Shown: piece by piece, positions 59,287-64,000 of the stretch
Layout of the letters: each line of letters starts with the position of its first letter
Numbering within the stretch: the first letter of the stretch is position 1
DNA from: an uncultured SAR86 cluster bacterium
Lineage (GTDB): Bacteria > Pseudomonadota > Gammaproteobacteria > Magnimaribacterales > D2472
Length of the DNA: 64,000 nucleotides
Assembly: GCA_902541175.1 (NCBI GenBank)
Contig: CACBPP010000004.1
Coordinates: forward strand, 6,661 to 70,660
Reading direction: 5' to 3'
Notes under the pieces: model-generated
The model's input: only the letters and a program-made list of their open reading frames with translations
Databases searched by the model: none
What the model was told of the DNA's origin: nothing
Program-made: the position numbers and the translations under genes

Positions 59287-60519
59287 TTATTTAAACTCTG
59301 GATAAGCTTCTATACCTATCTCAGAAACATCAAGACCAAGATCTTGTTCTTCATCTGTAGCTCTAATTGGCATTACTGAATTGATAGCCATTGTTGCTAG
59401 ATAACTCATAATAAAAGTGAATCCAGCTATTGCTAATACACCTATCAATTGTGTTACAAAACTTGCACCACCAGTAAAGCTAACTGCTAATACTCCGAAG
59501 ATTCCAACTGTTCCGTGAGCAGAAATAGCTCCTACAGGGTCATCAATTCCAGATTTCTCGAGATATAAGATTGAGAAATAAACAATGACACCACCTATAG
59601 CACCTACTAATACTGCCATACCACCAGAAGGACTTAATGGATCTGCAGTAATAGCTACAAGTCCAGCAATTGCACCATTCATAGCCATTGTTACATCCAT
59701 TTTTCCTGTCATGATTAAGCTAACTAAAAGCGCAGCAACAACTCCGCCTGCAGCAGCCATATTTGTATTCATAAATACCTGACTTACAGCAATAGCACTT
59801 CCTTCACTAGCAACAGCAAGTTCAGATCCACCATTGAATCCAAACCAACCAAGCCATAGAATCCAGACACCTAATGCTGCCATTGGAATATTTGATCCTG
59901 GCATTGGATTGACGGATCCGTCATATCCGTATTTACCTTTTCTTGGACCTAATATACTTACAACACCTAAAGCTGCAGCTGCACCACATAAATGCACAGT
60001 ACCTGAGCCAGCGTAGTCAGAATATCCCATTGCGTTTAAGAAACCACCACCCCAGTTCCAATAACCTTGGATAGGGTATATAAATCCTGTCAGAATGACT
60101 GCGAATATAAAAAATGGTAATAACTTCATTCTTCCTGCAACAGCTCCAGATACAATAGACATCGCTGTAGCTACGAATACAACTTGGAAAAAGAAGTCAG
60201 CTTGTTGGGAATAATCCATTCCATAGGGCATACCAATTTCTTCATTTGGTAATGCTGTAGATAAACCTAGAGATGTTCCAATTGATGGTATTACACCTTC
60301 AATTAGAGATCCTCCAGGATACATTAGTACAAAACCGCAAACTAAATACATAATACATGCTATTGAATATAGTCCTAGGTTTTTAGTAACAATTTCAGAT
60401 ACATCTTTTTTTTGAACTAGTCCTGCTTCAAGCATAGTAAATCCTGCTGCCATCCACATAACTAATGCACCCGCCATAACGGCATAAAATGTATCTAATG
60501 CAAATTTAATTTCTTCCAT
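59287..60519 (-). CDS. amtB: Ammonium transporter
   Basis: FFFQVVF, DYAGSGTVH, LWLGWFGFNGGS, DDPVGAISAHG. Confidence 0.96.
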   Translation of the reverse strand: MEEIKFALDTFYAVMAGALVMWMAAGFTMLEAGLVQKKDVSEIVTKNLGLYSIACIMYLVCGFVLMYPGGSLIEGVIPSIGTSLGLSTALPNEEIGMPYGMDYSQQADFFFQVVFVATAMSIVSGAVAGRMKLLPFFIFAVILTGFIYPIQGYWNWGGGFLNAMGYSDYAGSGTVHLCGAAAALGVVSILGPRKGKYGYDGSVNPMPGSNIPMAALGVWILWLGWFGFNGGSELAVASEGSAIAVSQVFMNTNMAAAGGVVAALLVSLIMTGKMDVTMAMNGAIAGLVAITADPLSPSGGMAVLVGAIGGVIVYFSILYLEKSGIDDPVGAISAHGTVGIFGVLAVSFTGGASFVTQLIGVLAIAGFTFIMSYLATMAINSVMPIRATDEEQDLGLDVSEIGIEAYPEFK

Positions 60520-60532
60520 AATTTCTCCTTAT

Positions 60533-61467
<935 letters not shown>

Positions 61468-61502
61468 TTTAATCTCCTTTAAAATATACTTACTAACTAA
61501 TA

Positions 61503-61519
61503 TGCAATTGGTGTGCCAA
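61503..61519 (-). promoter_or_regulatory. sigma54 (-24/-12) promoter
   Basis: Minus strand TTGGCAC-ACCAA-TTGCA, matching TGGCAC-N5-TTGCW. Confidence 0.88.
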
Positions 61520-61582
61520 TTATGTAATTGTTTAATTTATATAAAAAAAAGTTATAATTTTTAGTAAATTTTAGGAGAAAAT

Positions 61583-62353
61583 ATGGATCTAAATAATAAA
61601 GTAGCTTTAGTTACAGGTGGAGCATCTGGTTTAGGACAGGCTACCGTAGAAGCTTACGTGGCTAAAGGAGCAAAAGCAGTCATATTAGATATAAATGAAG
61701 ATAAAGCTCTAGAAATAATAAAAAATTTAGGTGAGGACAAAGTTATATTTATTTCTACAGATATTATGAAAGAAGATCCAGTAGTGGAGGCAATAAATAA
61801 GATAAAAGATAATTTTGGAGGACTCCATATTGCAGTAAATTGTGCTGGAACTGGATACCCGGGAAGAATATTAGGTAAAGAAGCACCTCATCCATTGGAT
61901 GCCTTTCAATTTATTGTTAATTTAAACCTTGTTGGGACTTTTAACGTTATGAGAATAGCAGCTGAATTAATGGATAAGAATGAACCAGATGAAAAAGGTG
62001 AAAAGGGAGTAATTATTAACACGGCTTCTATCGCAGGTATTGAGGGTCAAATTGGTCAATCAGCATATAGTGCATCTAAAGCAGGTGTTATTGGATTAAC
62101 TATTACTGCTGCTAGAGATCTCGCAAGACATGCTATAAGAGTATGTACAATTGCTCCAGGAATTTTTGATACTCCGCTAATGCAATTAGCGCCAGATAAA
62201 GTACGAGATCCTTTATTAGAATCTACTCAATTTCCTCATAGATTTGGGCAGCCAAATGAATTTGCCGATTTGGCAGTTCATATTGTAGAAAATACATACC
62301 TTAATGGTGAAACAATTAGGTTAGATTCTGGGATGAGAATGAAACCAAGATAA
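61583..62353 (+). CDS. SDR, 3-hydroxyacyl-CoA dehydrogenase type II-like
   Basis: TGGASGLG, VNCAG, NTASIA, YSASK, NGETIRLD. Confidence 0.9.
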   Translation: MDLNNKVALVTGGASGLGQATVEAYVAKGAKAVILDINEDKALEIIKNLGEDKVIFISTDIMKEDPVVEAINKIKDNFGGLHIAVNCAGTGYPGRILGKEAPHPLDAFQFIVNLNLVGTFNVMRIAAELMDKNEPDEKGEKGVIINTASIAGIEGQIGQSAYSASKAGVIGLTITAARDLARHAIRVCTIAPGIFDTPLMQLAPDKVRDPLLESTQFPHRFGQPNEFADLAVHIVENTYLNGETIRLDSGMRMKPR

Positions 62354-62354
62354 A

Positions 62355-62486
62355 TTATTGAACAGCCACCCAGTATGTCATTGCGATAACAGCAACAATA
62401 ATTAAAAACAAAATAACCTTAGCATCGCTCTTGCTATCAAGGTTTGCTTCATCTGATTCATAGTATTCTTTATAGTCATCCTTCAT
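62355..62486 (-). CDS. Small membrane protein, 43 aa (not in ORF track)
   Basis: SD GGAG followed by ATG directly after acuI; MKDDYKEYYESDEANLDSKSDAKVILFLIIVAVIAMTYWVAVQ. Confidence 0.6.
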   Translation of the reverse strand: MKDDYKEYYESDEANLDSKSDAKVILFLIIVAVIAMTYWVAVQ

Positions 62487-62488
62487 AT

Positions 62489-63472
62489 TTATTCTCCATG
62501 TTGTATCACAACTCTTCCAATTTGTTCACCTTTCAGAATTTTATCAATTTCTTCGTTAATTTCTGAAATTTTTACTATTTTCGTTTGATATGAAAGATCA
62601 AGCGACCATTCATTTGATAATAATTCCCACAAGTCTTTTTTTAGTTCTATGGATGATTCGGCTGAATCAATTCCACTTAACTGAATACCTCTTAAAATAA
62701 AAGGAAATACAGATGAGGAGAATTTTGGTCCAGCAACATTTCCACAGCATGAAACTACACCATGATTTGCAATCATTGTTAGCATTTTAGATAAAATGTC
62801 ACCACCTACAGTATCTACCGCTGCAGAGTATTGAGCTTTATCCATGGGTTTCACAGGATCTGTCATATATTCATTTCTGTCTATAATTTCATTAGCTCCC
62901 ATCATTTTAAGAGTATCGACTTGTGAGGATTTCCCTGAAATTGCATGAACTTCATATCCAACTTTTGAGAGGATTCCCACTGAAATTGAGCCAACACCAC
63001 CTGTAGAACCAGATACTAAAACTGGAAGTTTCTTTGAACAATCACTATCAACAATTTTTTTTATACATGCTGCAGCAGTAATACCAGCGGTTCCATATGA
63101 CATGCTCTTTATGTGATCTAACTCAGACGGCATTTTTATTACCCAATTGCTTGGAAGATGAACGATTTCTCCAAAACCTCCAAATTCAGACATTCCAATT
63201 TTATATCCTGTTGCAATAACATTATCACCGATAGAAAAATCTGGAGTTGATGATTCAATTATTTCTCCAGCTACATCTATTCCGGGAACAAATGGATATG
63301 AAGATGCTACACCTTTTGCTCCGGAGGCAGCGAGAGCATCTTTATAATTTAATGATGAGTAATGAACCTTTATTAATACTCGGCCTTGTTCAAGTTTTGG
63401 AATATCAATATCTTCTAAAGAACCGTTAAAATTCCCTTCGTTTTCTCTTACAAGATAACCTTTAAATTTCAT
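62489..63472 (-). CDS. acuI: Acryloyl-CoA reductase (YhdH/AcuI family MDR)
   Basis: YSSLNYKDALA, PGID, GTAGITA, GSTGGVGS, VDTVGG, PFILRG..L.GIDS. Confidence 0.88.
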   Translation of the reverse strand: MKFKGYLVRENEGNFNGSLEDIDIPKLEQGRVLIKVHYSSLNYKDALAASGAKGVASSYPFVPGIDVAGEIIESSTPDFSIGDNVIATGYKIGMSEFGGFGEIVHLPSNWVIKMPSELDHIKSMSYGTAGITAAACIKKIVDSDCSKKLPVLVSGSTGGVGSISVGILSKVGYEVHAISGKSSQVDTLKMMGANEIIDRNEYMTDPVKPMDKAQYSAAVDTVGGDILSKMLTMIANHGVVSCCGNVAGPKFSSSVFPFILRGIQLSGIDSAESSIELKKDLWELLSNEWSLDLSYQTKIVKISEINEEIDKILKGEQIGRVVIQHGE

Positions 63473-63474
63473 TG

Positions 63475-64000
<526 letters not shown>

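Overview
AT-rich (about 30% GC by eye), densely packed chromosomal window from a streamlined marine gammaproteobacterium. SAR86-like affiliation is inferred from composition, TonB-dependent receptors (TBDRs), lipid and glucan catabolism, AcuI and a photolyase. From left to right it contains: (1) a glycan-type TBDR, Gly-tethered surface lipoproteins, tRNA-Gly(GCC) and a family of uncharacterised two-domain exported proteins; (2) a ~220-nt structured ncRNA with its own promoter and terminator (IMES-1-like, GGA-rich), followed by a pyk / Na+-sugar symporter / GH3 / glucokinase cluster; (3) rpmG, an NAD-salvage-like fusion, an Fe-S-less PhrB-type photolyase, tRNA-Gly(TCC), pilD, ggt and two acyl-CoA ligases; (4) a ~26-kb phosphate-scavenging region with phoBR, a Pho box, a tandem-duplicated ElpS-like lipoprotein, a TBDR, a gspC-M type II secretion system (T2SS), a MIP channel, ppx, ppk2, pit, TetR and a TBDR-phytase pair; (5) lipid genes, a sigma54-driven torF-glnK-amtB operon, an SDR, acuI and partial trxB. 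The most novel signal is an unannotated small-RNA layer. A candidate sigmaE-dependent sRNA behind pilD can form a 12-bp duplex over the Shine-Dalgarno (SD) of the first TBDR, and the amtB 3' UTR forms a hairpin displaying an anti-SD loop. No CRISPR array, integrase or transposase was seen. All family assignments come from motif recognition, not database searches.
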